Below, piece after piece: positions 1-10,234 of a stretch of 64,000 nt of DNA. The DNA comes from an uncultured Candidatus Saccharibacteria bacterium. GTDB lineage: Bacteria > Patescibacteriota > Minisyncoccia > Phycocordibacterales > UBA2100. Each line of letters opens with the position of its first letter. Positions within the stretch are counted from its first letter, which is position 1. The notes beneath the pieces were generated by a model that ran no database searches, was not told the DNA's origin, and saw only the letters and a list, made by a program, of their open reading frames with translations. The stretch is taken from positions 18,732 through 82,731 of the forward strand of contig CAYSUJ010000004.1 of the NCBI GenBank assembly GCA_964434285.1, written 5' to 3'. The position numbers and the translations under genes were made by a program.

Positions 1-1125
1 GCCGCGCACAGCGCGTGCTTTGCGATAATACGCATCCGCGTAGCCAGAAGAGAGCACGAATGTTCCAACCAAAATGCGGCGACGAACCTCGGGACCAAAC
101 CCTGCACCCCGAGTCTTCGCATACACACCGCCAATATCCTCAGCGGGCAGCGAGAGTCCATAGCGAATACCATCGTAGCGCGCGAGGTTCGTGGAGACTT
201 CTGCCGGGTTCACTATGTAGTAGACCGCGAGCGCGTGTGCAAGCGTTGGAAGTGTAATGTCACGAATCTCATACCCCGCCTCCCGCAGTTTTGAGAGTGT
301 TTGTTCAAACGCGGTCAAAACTTCTGGATCCACACCCTTTTCAAGCACCGAGCGTGGAACGCCGATGACTTTTTTGAGAGGTCGTCTAGGATACATATCT
401 TCTCCGACCGAGGTGCTGTCGCGCTCATCGCGTCCACGGATCGCTTTAAAGAGTGCCTGCGCATCGGCGACCGTTTTACCCATTGATCCGATTTGATCGA
501 GTGAAGATGCGGCGGCCATGAGGCCGTAGCGAGAAACGGAGCCATACGTCGTCTTGAGTCCGGCGATACCGCAGAATGAGGCTGGCTGGCGAATCGAACC
601 TCCAGTGTCGGAACCCAGTGCTGCGAGAGCGAGACCCCCCGCAACGGCAGCGGCAGAGCCTCCCGAGGTCCCCCCGGGCACACGCGATACATCCAGCGGG
701 TTTTTACTCGGTCCGAACGCAGAGTTCTCCGTGGAGCCGCCAAGGGCGAACTCATCCATATTGGTGCGCCCGAGGAAAACGGCACCCTCCCCTTTCAGCT
801 TCTCTATAACAGTTGCATCGTAGGATGCGCGGTAGTGTTCGAGCATTTTTGATGCTGAGCTCGCAATGCGGCCCTCGATGAGAATGTTGTCTTTGACGGC
901 GAGAGGAATCCCCGTGAAAGTAGAAGCCTCACCCCGCGCGATACGTTCGTCCGCTGCGCGTGCTTCAACGCGCGCAGCATCTTCCCACACTTCAAGATAT
1001 GCATGTATTTCTGTGTCCTTCGACGTAATCGCTTCGAGGTAGGCATTCGTCAGTTCAAGCGCAGAAAACTCTTTCGCATCGAGTGCGCGTCGTGCTTCCG
1101 CAATGCTGAGGCGTGAAATGTCCAT
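1..1125 (-). CDS. gatA: Glu-tRNA(Gln)/Asp-tRNA(Asn) amidotransferase subunit A, 3'-truncated by the window edge
   Basis: My translation of the reverse complement from the ATG at 1123-1125 gives MDISRLSIAEARRALDAKEF...GGSSGG...QPASFCGIAGLKTTYG, the amidase signature. There is no stop before position 1. The gene is not in the ORF track because it runs off the window. Confidence 0.85.
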   Translation of the reverse strand, partial: MDISRLSIAEARRALDAKEFSALELTNAYLEAITSKDTEIHAYLEVWEDAARVEARAADERIARGEASTFTGIPLAVKDNILIEGRIASSASKMLEHYRASYDATVIEKLKGEGAVFLGRTNMDEFALGGSTENSAFGPSKNPLDVSRVPGGTSGGSAAAVAGGLALAALGSDTGGSIRQPASFCGIAGLKTTYGSVSRYGLMAAASSLDQIGSMGKTVADAQALFKAIRGRDERDSTSVGEDMYPRRPLKKVIGVPRSVLEKGVDPEVLTAFEQTLSKLREAGYEIRDITLPTLAHALAVYYIVNPAEVSTNLARYDGIRYGLSLPAEDIGGVYAKTRGAGFGPEVRRRILVGTFVLSSGYADAYYRKARAVRG

Positions 1126-1126
1126 A

Positions 1127-1414
1127 CTATTTGTGGAGCACCTTCTTAACGAGAAGATAGCCGTCTTCCGTAGCCGGTGCTGCGTCAAGTAACGTCTTTG
1201 TATAGAGGCCTGATTCGTGGGGGTTTTCGTCATTACGCATCACATTACGCACCGGAGGAGTCTCGGGCGTCACTTCACCCGCAACCGACTGAATCGTCTC
1301 CACAAAAGCAAGAATGGCGGGAATTTCCTTCTCAAGCTGCTGGAGCTCTTCGGGAGAAACTTCAAGCCGCGCCAACTTCGCAAGAGCGACAACGTCAATT
1401 TGTGTCTGTGTCAT
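1127..1414 (-). CDS. gatC: aspartyl/glutamyl-tRNA amidotransferase subunit C
   Basis: The 95-aa ORF ends ...GYLLVKKVLHK, which resembles GatC, and lies directly upstream of gatA. Its ATG overlaps the reverse transcriptase stop in an ATGA arrangement. Confidence 0.8.
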   Translation of the reverse strand: MTQTQIDVVALAKLARLEVSPEELQQLEKEIPAILAFVETIQSVAGEVTPETPPVRNVMRNDENPHESGLYTKTLLDAAPATEDGYLLVKKVLHK

Positions 1415-2418
1415 TGGAGCATCCTAACAGATTCTCCCTGCGGTAGCATCTGTCGAAGTTTATATGCATTTCCGTGGCTCAAAAGTCCTCGATATGACTG
1501 TACGGTGGGATCGTCATGTTCTCGCCCGGCACACTGTTTCAACATTCGCCGCTTCGTCGTCGTGCGCAGCACGCGATAATCAGGAAAATGTACCCATCCA
1601 AGGAAATCGATACCGGACGCGAGCGTGCGGATTGAAATTTTGTTCGGATTCAGTTCGAGCTTGAGACGATCGCGTAGGAAATCTCGCATATTCGCGAATA
1701 TGCACACCAACGCCCTTCGATCACGCGAGAGAATAACGAAGTCATCAGCATAACGGATGTAGTATTTCGCTTTGAGTGCGTGCTTCACAAATTGATCAAA
1801 CTCGTTCATGTAGATGTTCACGAGGAGTTGTGAGGCAAGGTTCCCAAGCGGCAATCCCTTTCCCCGTGCTCCTGAATTGAAACTTACAATGACGCGTCTT
1901 ATGAGATCGACAATCCGCACATCTTCAATTCGATGCGTAAGAATGTTCGAAAGTATTGCCTGGTCAATACTCGCGAAAAACTTCCAAACGTCGCATTTGA
2001 GAACCCAACAGGTGCGCGTATGGTTGCGGGAGACTTTGTACGCACACGCGCGAAATCGATTCACCGCTCGATGTGTCCCCTTTCCTTTCCGGCATGAGTA
2101 CGAATCTGCAATGAACGTACGGTCAAAGAATGGATAGAGTTTGCGATACAGCGCATGATGTAGCAGTCGGTCGCGTACGGTGGCTTTGTGAATGTTCCTC
2201 GGTTTTGGATCAGAAATATTAAATGCGTGGTACGGACCATGCACATACGTGCACGCTACAAGATCACGATGCAGTGCAGGAATGTTCTCCATCAATCGAT
2301 ACTGAAACTCCTGCACATCCCTCTTTTTACGCTTCCCGCGTACGAATTCTTTCCACGCTTGCAGCAGGTTCTCGATGGAGATGATATCCTCGTAGGTATG
2401 GGTGAAAACAATGACCAC
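1411..2418 (-). CDS. DGR reverse transcriptase. The listed ORF runs to 2754, but its N-terminal ~110 aa look like non-coding antisense sequence, and the likely start is the GTG at about 2418.
   Basis: Motifs present: YIRYADDFVIL (YADD), LPLGNLASQLLVNIYMNEFD (the GNLxSQ motif typical of DGR reverse transcriptases) and SYSCRKGKGTHRA. An AGGGGG ribosome-binding site sits ahead of the in-frame GTG. Confidence 0.8.
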   Translation of the reverse strand: MVIVFTHTYEDIISIENLLQAWKEFVRGKRKKRDVQEFQYRLMENIPALHRDLVACTYVHGPYHAFNISDPKPRNIHKATVRDRLLHHALYRKLYPFFDRTFIADSYSCRKGKGTHRAVNRFRACAYKVSRNHTRTCWVLKCDVWKFFASIDQAILSNILTHRIEDVRIVDLIRRVIVSFNSGARGKGLPLGNLASQLLVNIYMNEFDQFVKHALKAKYYIRYADDFVILSRDRRALVCIFANMRDFLRDRLKLELNPNKISIRTLASGIDFLGWVHFPDYRVLRTTTKRRMLKQCAGREHDDPTVQSYRGLLSHGNAYKLRQMLPQGESVRMLQ

Positions 2419-2443
2419 ACATTGAAGTCTGCCCCCTGATTTT

Positions 2444-2803
2444 TTGCAACCGAAGCTTGTGCCTGTCGTATCCAAACTCAAGGATGCATATCTCATTTGG
2501 CAAAGATTTTTGCCGCATGTTGATAAGGCGCGACGGCAGACACTAGCACAACGTATAGATTCAGAATTGCTCGAAACGCTTGAACATTCGTTTCGTGCAG
2601 GATATGTGCGGGATGAACGAAAAATCTCTGCTCTTGAAACAGCGATCGGACGACTCGACCTCGCTAAATTTTTCCTTCTCATTGCATGGGAGATGTCGAT
2701 GCTCACCGACGCACAGTACCGGCATATTTCAGAACATCTTATTGAAGCGAGCAAAATGCTTTCCGGATGGAAGAGCTACATGGAAAAGAAAACTCTCCCG
2801 TGA
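2444..2803 (+). CDS. Avd-like (accessory variability determinant / four-helix-bundle, IVS-like) protein candidate
   Basis: 119-aa helical ORF. The segment ...ISALETAIGRLDLAKFFLLIAWEMSMLTDAQYRHISEHLIEASKMLSGWK resembles the C-terminal helices of Bordetella phage Avd (...LGSWI). There is no in-frame ATG near the start, so it would begin at TTG or GTG. It lies on the strand opposite the TR and the reverse transcriptase. Confidence 0.4.
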   Translation: MQPKLVPVVSKLKDAYLIWQRFLPHVDKARRQTLAQRIDSELLETLEHSFRAGYVRDERKISALETAIGRLDLAKFFLLIAWEMSMLTDAQYRHISEHLIEASKMLSGWKSYMEKKTLP

Positions 2804-2816
2804 GGGAGAGAAAGGT

Positions 2817-2929
2817 GAGTTGCGGAGGAGGAGCCGATTGTCGGCGTTCCACCGATTGTCGTTGTCGAGCCTGTTGACGTAGGCGTTCCACCTGCGGTCG
2901 TTCCGATTGAAGTTGAGAACCGAGACGCT
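2817..2929 (-). repeat. DGR template repeat (TR)
   Basis: 113 bp. Read on the minus strand it encodes VLNFNRNDRRWNAYVNRLDNDNRWNADNRLLLRNS, with ten AAC/AAT codons. Its adenines are the positions that differ from the VR. Confidence 0.8.
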
Positions 2930-3160
2930 ATGTACTCTGTGCCATCCGTGCCACCGCCTTTTGAATACTCTCAAGGTTGAATCTGATGCGAAGTCGTTAA
3001 CTCCCTAATGCAGAGCACCAACTCTCTTCTTTTTTGAAGAAGTGCGAACCTCGCCATCTCAAGCCTAAAAAGAAAGACCGTAGATGCCAGCGTGTTCAAC
3101 ATAACGATACCCCGCATCTCCACTCAAGGAAATGCGGGGTACAGGACAAGTAACAAAGGG

Positions 3161-3861
3161 TCAGAGGGTCACAGTGTCCGAGTTACGGAGGAGGAGCCGA
3201 GCGTCGGCGTCCCACCGACGGTCGCGGCCGAGCCTGCCGACGTAGGCGCTCCACCCGCGGTCGCCCCGAACGAAGCCGAGAACCGAGACGCTGCCATTCA
3301 CATCCTCAACGAATGCGAAGTTGGCATAGCCGTCAGTACGCAAGCCGACTTCTTCACCCGATTCCTACCGCTCGACGAGCGCTTCGGCTTCCGAGAGTGC
3401 GAGCGTGAGCCCGCGCCCCCGCAGTCGTGCAACAATCTCATCGTCAGCTGTACCGGGCACAGCCTGTACGGCCGCGAGCGCCATCTCCCGGAAGGTCGTG
3501 CTTCCGGATTCTGGAGCTGGTAGATCCCGACCGATTCGGTCGCGTTCGCGGTCTGCTGAGCGAGAAGCCAGCGATCGATGTCGGGATGGCGATATCCCCA
3601 AAGCGTGCCAGTGAAGCAATCCCGGGTTTTCTTGGGCTTTGCGCCGGTGAAGATCGCCTTTTTGTGGAAGACGAGAGTCGGACGCATTCGCTTTTCAGCG
3701 GACACCGAAAGTGCCTCTCGCAACGCTGTGGCCAGGGCTTTTCCATTGTTCGCCCAATGCAGGGCGACGTCAGGCTCGATATCGCGCGGCAACGCCTTTA
3801 TTACGGCGCCGGCGAATTCGGAAAACTGCCCAACGGACAAGGCTGTTCCATGTTTAGACAT
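3161..3861 (-). pseudogene. DGR target (variable) protein gene, apparently frame-disrupted
   Basis: From the ATG at 3861 (ribosome-binding site GAAAGGAA), a well-behaved frame reads MSKHGTALSVGQFSEFAGAVIKALPRD... but decays after about aa 110. A second frame becomes protein-like (...REMALAAVQAVPGTADDEIVARLRGRGLTLALSEAEALVER) and is separated by one in-frame TAG at 3365-3367 from the VR-containing C-terminal frame, which ends at 3161. Confidence 0.5.
3180..3292 (-). repeat. DGR variable repeat (VR)
   Basis: Aligns to the TR with 19 mismatches in 113 bp. Eighteen of these are at TR-adenine positions (minus strand) and one is a synonymous C/T. It encodes VLGFVRGDRGWSAYVGRLGRDRRWDADARLLLRNS. Confidence 0.8.
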
Positions 3862-3924
3862 GGCTGTTCCTTTCAAGGTTCACTTCCCAGCCTGATGCCG
3901 GAGAAGGGCACTATTATATAACGT

Positions 3925-5940
<2,016 letters not shown>

Positions 5941-5968
5941 TTATCGCACGGAGGCTGCCTACACCACC

Positions 5969-6445
5969 CTAGTAGGAGAGTTCGACGGAGCGCTGGAGAG
6001 CCCGGTTCGACACATCAATTTCGGAGCAGGCCGTCGAAAAACCATCGGCCTCAATGACTGTAGATCCATTAATCGTGTCTTTTTCAACAGCCACACGTGC
6101 ACATAAACCATTTGGCTCATACTCAAAGGACATGGTATAGACGGGTTGCCCTGGCGGCGGCGTTGCTGGCGTGATTGAAAGTGCGTCGCCATCACACGTC
6201 GGAGTCCCCCCTGGCGAGGTCGAGCTAAAGTACCCAAAACGCATATCCCAGTACAGCGCACATTCCGCTGCAGAATCGGCAACATAAAACGCGTACTGTG
6301 AACTACGCCCGAGCGACGAGAGAATAATCTGTTTTTGAGCAATGGAGAATACTGATATACCAAGCGCGAGCACGAGGGATGCAACGAGTGCAGCGAGCAG
6401 AATGGTAAATCCGCGGTTACTCTGTTCCCGTAGAGAATGGCTCAT
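5969..6445 (-). CDS. pseudopilin-like protein (N-terminal hydrophobic pilin-type helix)
   Basis: N-terminus NRGFTILLAALVASLVLALGISVF. Overlaps the next pilin-like gene by 4 bp. Confidence 0.45.
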   Translation of the reverse strand: MSHSLREQSNRGFTILLAALVASLVLALGISVFSIAQKQIILSSLGRSSQYAFYVADSAAECALYWDMRFGYFSSTSPGGTPTCDGDALSITPATPPPGQPVYTMSFEYEPNGLCARVAVEKDTINGSTVIEADGFSTACSEIDVSNRALQRSVELSY

Positions 6446-7065
6446 ACATTGTCATCGACCCATCGATAGAGATTTTCATAAATCGTGATTGTCCGTGGCT
6501 GCGACGTTCCTGCGTCCCACGAAATTGTAACCTCGATACGAATTTCATCTTGCGTGCCAGGAACGTAGGCAACATTCACGGTGCGACGATATGGCGAGTC
6601 ATCCCACCCGGCTTCATATCCGTACAATTCGCCATTTGTCTGGAGTAGCGGACACTGACCCGAGCACGTGGTAATCACGTTATTCCGAGTATCGATAACA
6701 AATGGTGTGCCAATCGGAATCCCGCACAGCAGTGTAACGGGAGAGCAACTTGCGTCCGGACTACTGAGCGATATGCGCAGAACATTACCATCACGAATCG
6801 CCCGAACCGTCTCTATTGCTTCTTGTGCTAGATTAAATGCGATTACCTGATCGCGCGCATAGTATGACGCAGAGAGTGATTGCATGGTGAGCGACATAGG
6901 CGCCACAATGGCAACAGTCAGAATAACGATGGCAACCATTGTCTCGATGAGGGTCATTCCATGAGTAGCTTTCAGCTGTGGGCTGCCAGCTTTCAGGAAA
7001 TATAAAAAGAAACCCCTGATCGCATCCTGGAAGGTGGAAGCTGGACACTGGGAGCTATTTTTCAT
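6442..7065 (-). CDS. type IV pilin-like / pseudopilin
   Basis: Prepilin motif G|MTLIETMVAIVILTVAIV. Confidence 0.55.
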   Translation of the reverse strand: MKNSSQCPASTFQDAIRGFFLYFLKAGSPQLKATHGMTLIETMVAIVILTVAIVAPMSLTMQSLSASYYARDQVIAFNLAQEAIETVRAIRDGNVLRISLSSPDASCSPVTLLCGIPIGTPFVIDTRNNVITTCSGQCPLLQTNGELYGYEAGWDDSPYRRTVNVAYVPGTQDEIRIEVTISWDAGTSQPRTITIYENLYRWVDDNV

Positions 7066-7748
7066 ATATCAAGTATGCGCTGAACCGCCGTCGCCTGAAT
7101 GTAAAAAGATGTTTGATGCCGCACCTCCTCCCCTCCCGCAACCCCCTTAATCACGATCACCACCTTGGGCTGCGTTGTATCCTGAGGCGTTGAGCCGACC
7201 ACGTACATCTGCATTTCTGTGATTTCCACTTCCGGCGCCGTCACCGGCAACGACGTCGCACCCCCATTCTGAGAACGATACAGTCGTGATCGGCCCTGCG
7301 CATCGTTTGCTATGCTGTAGACTGTGCGTTCAGTTTGCGCATTTGGGTTCGACCCGTGCGGCGCGAATGAAAACATGGCGGGCACCGACGTGACTGGTGA
7401 AATACCCTGCGGACAATCACCCCACGTTGGCGCCTGCGGTATGGAACTTCCTCCACAGCGGTAGTGTGATCCCATGCGTATGGCGCGCACCATGCTGTCC
7501 AGTGAGATATTGAGATTATTCATCACACTCTCGAGCGTCCGTGCCTTCCGGTTTGCATCCACCAGCGAAAGCAGCGCACCTACCGAAACGAGCATGATAA
7601 CCGCGAACAGCGATATAGAAACCACCATCTCAACGAGCGTGAAGCCGCGAGAACAAGCTGACCGTTGACCGTTGGCAATTGGCAGAAAACCGAAAAGACA
7701 TTCTTTGCATTTTTGTAAACGATGGATTGTTAGCTGTAGATTGTTCAT
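7062..7748 (-). CDS. type IV pilin-like / pseudopilin
   Basis: Prepilin motif SRG|FTLVEMVVSISLFAVIML. Confidence 0.55.
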   Translation of the reverse strand: MNNLQLTIHRLQKCKECLFGFLPIANGQRSACSRGFTLVEMVVSISLFAVIMLVSVGALLSLVDANRKARTLESVMNNLNISLDSMVRAIRMGSHYRCGGSSIPQAPTWGDCPQGISPVTSVPAMFSFAPHGSNPNAQTERTVYSIANDAQGRSRLYRSQNGGATSLPVTAPEVEITEMQMYVVGSTPQDTTQPKVVIVIKGVAGGEEVRHQTSFYIQATAVQRILDI

Positions 7749-7750
7749 AC

Positions 7751-8344
7751 CTACTGCACCGATATCTGTCCCGATGCCTCAACAACTACTTCAGCGCGCG
7801 TACCTCGCGGAGACTCAATTATAATGCGTGCACGATCATCGGTAATCGGCCCCGCCGTGCGACGAATGAGCGCATCCGGCTCTGGACGATAAAACAAAAT
7901 GTTAAGTGAGGGGAGGCCGCACGTTTCTATGGACGTCGAAGCATTGCGTGCGCACACGTCCACCACACGATATCCGGCCGCAAGCGTCATGGTTCGAACC
8001 GACTCGCCCGGATCGTAAATCCCGTTTGCAATGCTGTCACCATAGAGTTGATATACTGTTTGAGTATCTTGCGCTGAAGGAGCGAAGTACATGCCATATC
8101 CCACGTCGAAATTTGTTCCACTGAATCGGCGCACTGCAATGCCATACACCTGTGCTTCACGAACAGTGAGCGCCATCTCATGTGCAAGATTTTGAAGTAC
8201 GACACGGTTTCCAAACTGCGTATTCGCCGAAAGTACAATCGCCGAGAGCACCATGAATATCCCCGACACGACCAAGAGTTCAATCAATGTAAAAGCCCTA
8301 GAAACGTGAGGAGCGGTGTGTAGGCGTAAAAGAGTGCGAACCAT
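7751..8344 (-). CDS. type IV pilin-like / pseudopilin (GspH/FimT-like)
   Basis: Prepilin motif RA|FTLIELLVVSGIFMVL. Confidence 0.55.
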   Translation of the reverse strand: MVRTLLRLHTAPHVSRAFTLIELLVVSGIFMVLSAIVLSANTQFGNRVVLQNLAHEMALTVREAQVYGIAVRRFSGTNFDVGYGMYFAPSAQDTQTVYQLYGDSIANGIYDPGESVRTMTLAAGYRVVDVCARNASTSIETCGLPSLNILFYRPEPDALIRRTAGPITDDRARIIIESPRGTRAEVVVEASGQISVQ

Positions 8345-9123
8345 ATAAGCAGAGTGCCAACGATAAGAAAAGGACCGAACGGCACTTCGCTTTTCATTGT
8401 AACCTTCGCCCGTGGTTCAACTGAGTACTGTGTGGGGGTAACGATAGCGCGAAACTTCGCTGCGTACGGCGATGAATTGAACACCAATGCGAGTCCTACA
8501 ACGGCACCAATCACAAATGCATACAAAAGTGCTAGAAATCCGTACGGTCCAAGTAAAAATCCCATACCCAGTGAAAATTTCACATCTCCAAAACCCATCC
8601 ATGCGCCTCGCGAAAACAGATGCAGCATGAAGAGCGGTACAGCAACGGCAACCCCCCACCCCACACCAATCACATACATACTTAATGGCGCGCCCACCTC
8701 GGCAAGCCACAGGAAGGTGAATGCGAGCGAAAGCGCGTTCCATGTCCACACCCAAGCATTCGGCATGAGCATTGTGTAAAAGTCATAAACCGCAATAGCA
8801 ACCCAGAGCACTACTATTGCACATGCGATAAGTTTAAGGTGGAGAGGAATAAATAATCCGCCCACGAAATAAAACCCAAGACCCACAGCAAGCTCGACGA
8901 GCGGGTATTGAGGCGATATCGGAGCCGCGCACATGCGACACCGCGCCCGCAAACAAACCCATGAAAGAACCGGCACAAGGTCGCGTGGTTTGAGGGTTGC
9001 ATTACACGAAGGGCACGCACTCCTCCCCCAGAGTGCCCCTACCCCATCCCGGAGAATAAGTACGTTCGTAAAACTTCCTACAATCAAGCCGAGAAGAAAC
9101 CAAACGATTGCAAACTCGAACAT
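8284..9123 (-). CDS. pilD: prepilin peptidase (A24 family)
   Basis: Polytopic membrane protein with a CPSC...CRMC zinc motif, plus the GFGDVKF and GMGF regions. Confidence 0.8.
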   Translation of the reverse strand: MFEFAIVWFLLGLIVGSFTNVLILRDGVGALWGRSACPSCNATLKPRDLVPVLSWVCLRARCRMCAAPISPQYPLVELAVGLGFYFVGGLFIPLHLKLIACAIVVLWVAIAVYDFYTMLMPNAWVWTWNALSLAFTFLWLAEVGAPLSMYVIGVGWGVAVAVPLFMLHLFSRGAWMGFGDVKFSLGMGFLLGPYGFLALLYAFVIGAVVGLALVFNSSPYAAKFRAIVTPTQYSVEPRAKVTMKSEVPFGPFLIVGTLLIWFALFYAYTPLLTFLGLLH

Positions 9124-9188
9124 CGCACTACTCTATCATGCAAACACCCGCCTCTCGGCGGGTGCTTTGAGATGCACGTAGAAGATGA

Positions 9189-9668
9189 CTACGGTCTCAT
9201 GCAGTAGTAGGCGGGAGTTCCAGTGTCTGCACAGTCGAGACCACCTGCTGTTCCATCAACATCACCCGATGGAACTGCAGACGAGCCGCCTTCGATACCC
9301 GAACGAACTATGTAGCTTGCACATGGCGCCGTCGCACATGCCGTCCCATCGAGGTTAGCAGAAGCATAGCTATACACGTAGGTACCGCTATTGGTCGGAT
9401 CTGACGGAATCGACGAGATATAGTTGCTCGTCGTGAGCGCTGTTAGCGTGGTCGAAGCCGCGCCGCTGCCCGCTGGATAGCTTTGGTTGGTGTCATAGTA
9501 GAGCTCCAAAGCAAGTTGGAGTTGCTTCACATCCGAAACGCGACGTGCGTCACGTCCTTTTACGCGGGCGCTGTTGAGAGACGCCAGCACGACTGAGGAC
9601 AGAATGCCTATAATTGCTATGACTACAAGCAACTCAATTAACGTAAAACCTCTATTTATTTGATGCAT
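9189..9668 (-). CDS. pilA: type IV major pilin (the listed ORF runs to 9716; likely start MHQINRGFTLIE)
   Basis: N-terminus RGFTLIELLVVIAIIGILSSVVLASLNSARVKGRDARR, followed by a variable Cys-containing C-terminus. Confidence 0.8.
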   Translation of the reverse strand: MHQINRGFTLIELLVVIAIIGILSSVVLASLNSARVKGRDARRVSDVKQLQLALELYYDTNQSYPAGSGAASTTLTALTTSNYISSIPSDPTNSGTYVYSYASANLDGTACATAPCASYIVRSGIEGGSSAVPSGDVDGTAGGLDCADTGTPAYYCMRP

Positions 9669-9700
9669 AAATGTAAGACTAAAATAATGGTTAGTAATTA

Positions 9701-10189
9701 TTATGGCTGCACACAAAAACGATTGTTCGTGTTGCCCTCGCCACCGTCAGCACAGTTGATTGTCCCAACAGTCCCGTCGATATCCTGTGCAGTGATTGCT
9801 AGCTCCATATTTGCGGCAAGCACGTAGTTTGAGCACTTGACTGTAGGCGGGTTTGCTGTGCATGCGGCATTTGAAGCGCCAAGTTCATCGTAAGAATATG
9901 CATATGTAGAATCATTTATAGGATCAACAGGAAGCACGGAAATAGCACCGGCGGTCGTTAATGCGGTCAGACTAGCTGGATAGGATTGATTTATATCGTA
10001 ATAGAGTTCCAGCGCAAGCTGAAGTTGCTTGACATCGGAAACACGACGCGCATCACGTCCTTTTTTTCTCGCACTGTTAAGCGAAGCAAGAACGACTGAC
10101 GAAAGAATACCGATTATGGCAATAACGACAAGAAGTTCAATAAGAGTAAAACCACGTGATGTTCCCTTTTTCATACGTTCATTCATCAT
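9701..10189 (-). CDS. pilA: type IV major pilin, tandem paralog
   Basis: The first ~60 aa after the leader are identical to the neighbouring pilin. The DNA has diverged (about 80% identity), and the C-terminal domain differs. Confidence 0.8.
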   Translation of the reverse strand: MMNERMKKGTSRGFTLIELLVVIAIIGILSSVVLASLNSARKKGRDARRVSDVKQLQLALELYYDINQSYPASLTALTTAGAISVLPVDPINDSTYAYSYDELGASNAACTANPPTVKCSNYVLAANMELAITAQDIDGTVGTINCADGGEGNTNNRFCVQP

Positions 10190-10234
10190 ACTTCCAGTTT
10201 GATAATGAGAAAGACTGTGGTGTGGATATCGCGC

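Larger units (their letters stand above)
1411..3876 (-). mobile_element. diversity-generating retroelement (target/VR, TR, avd-like ORF on the opposite strand, reverse transcriptase)
   Basis: Contains a reverse transcriptase ORF and a 113-bp TR/VR pair whose mismatches fall almost only on TR adenines. The orientation is that of a minus-strand element. Confidence 0.8.

Noticed and set aside
315-785. 156-aa minus-strand ORF and several plus-strand ORFs within 1-1125
   Set aside because: These are alternative frames overlapping gatA, whose frame is unbroken and carries the amidase signature.
2419-2754. N-terminal 110-aa extension of the reverse transcriptase ORF (MLASIRCSEICRYCASV...)
   Set aside because: Its Cys/Ser/Arg-rich low-complexity composition is typical of antisense translation of a real gene (the Avd-like ORF on the plus strand). 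The reverse transcriptase domain only begins at about 2418, where there is a GTG with an AGGGGG ribosome-binding site.
3092-3523. Plus-strand 143-aa ORF covering the VR
   Set aside because: The adenine-specific substitutions place the coding (AAY) sense on the minus strand. The plus-strand reading is the antisense of the target.
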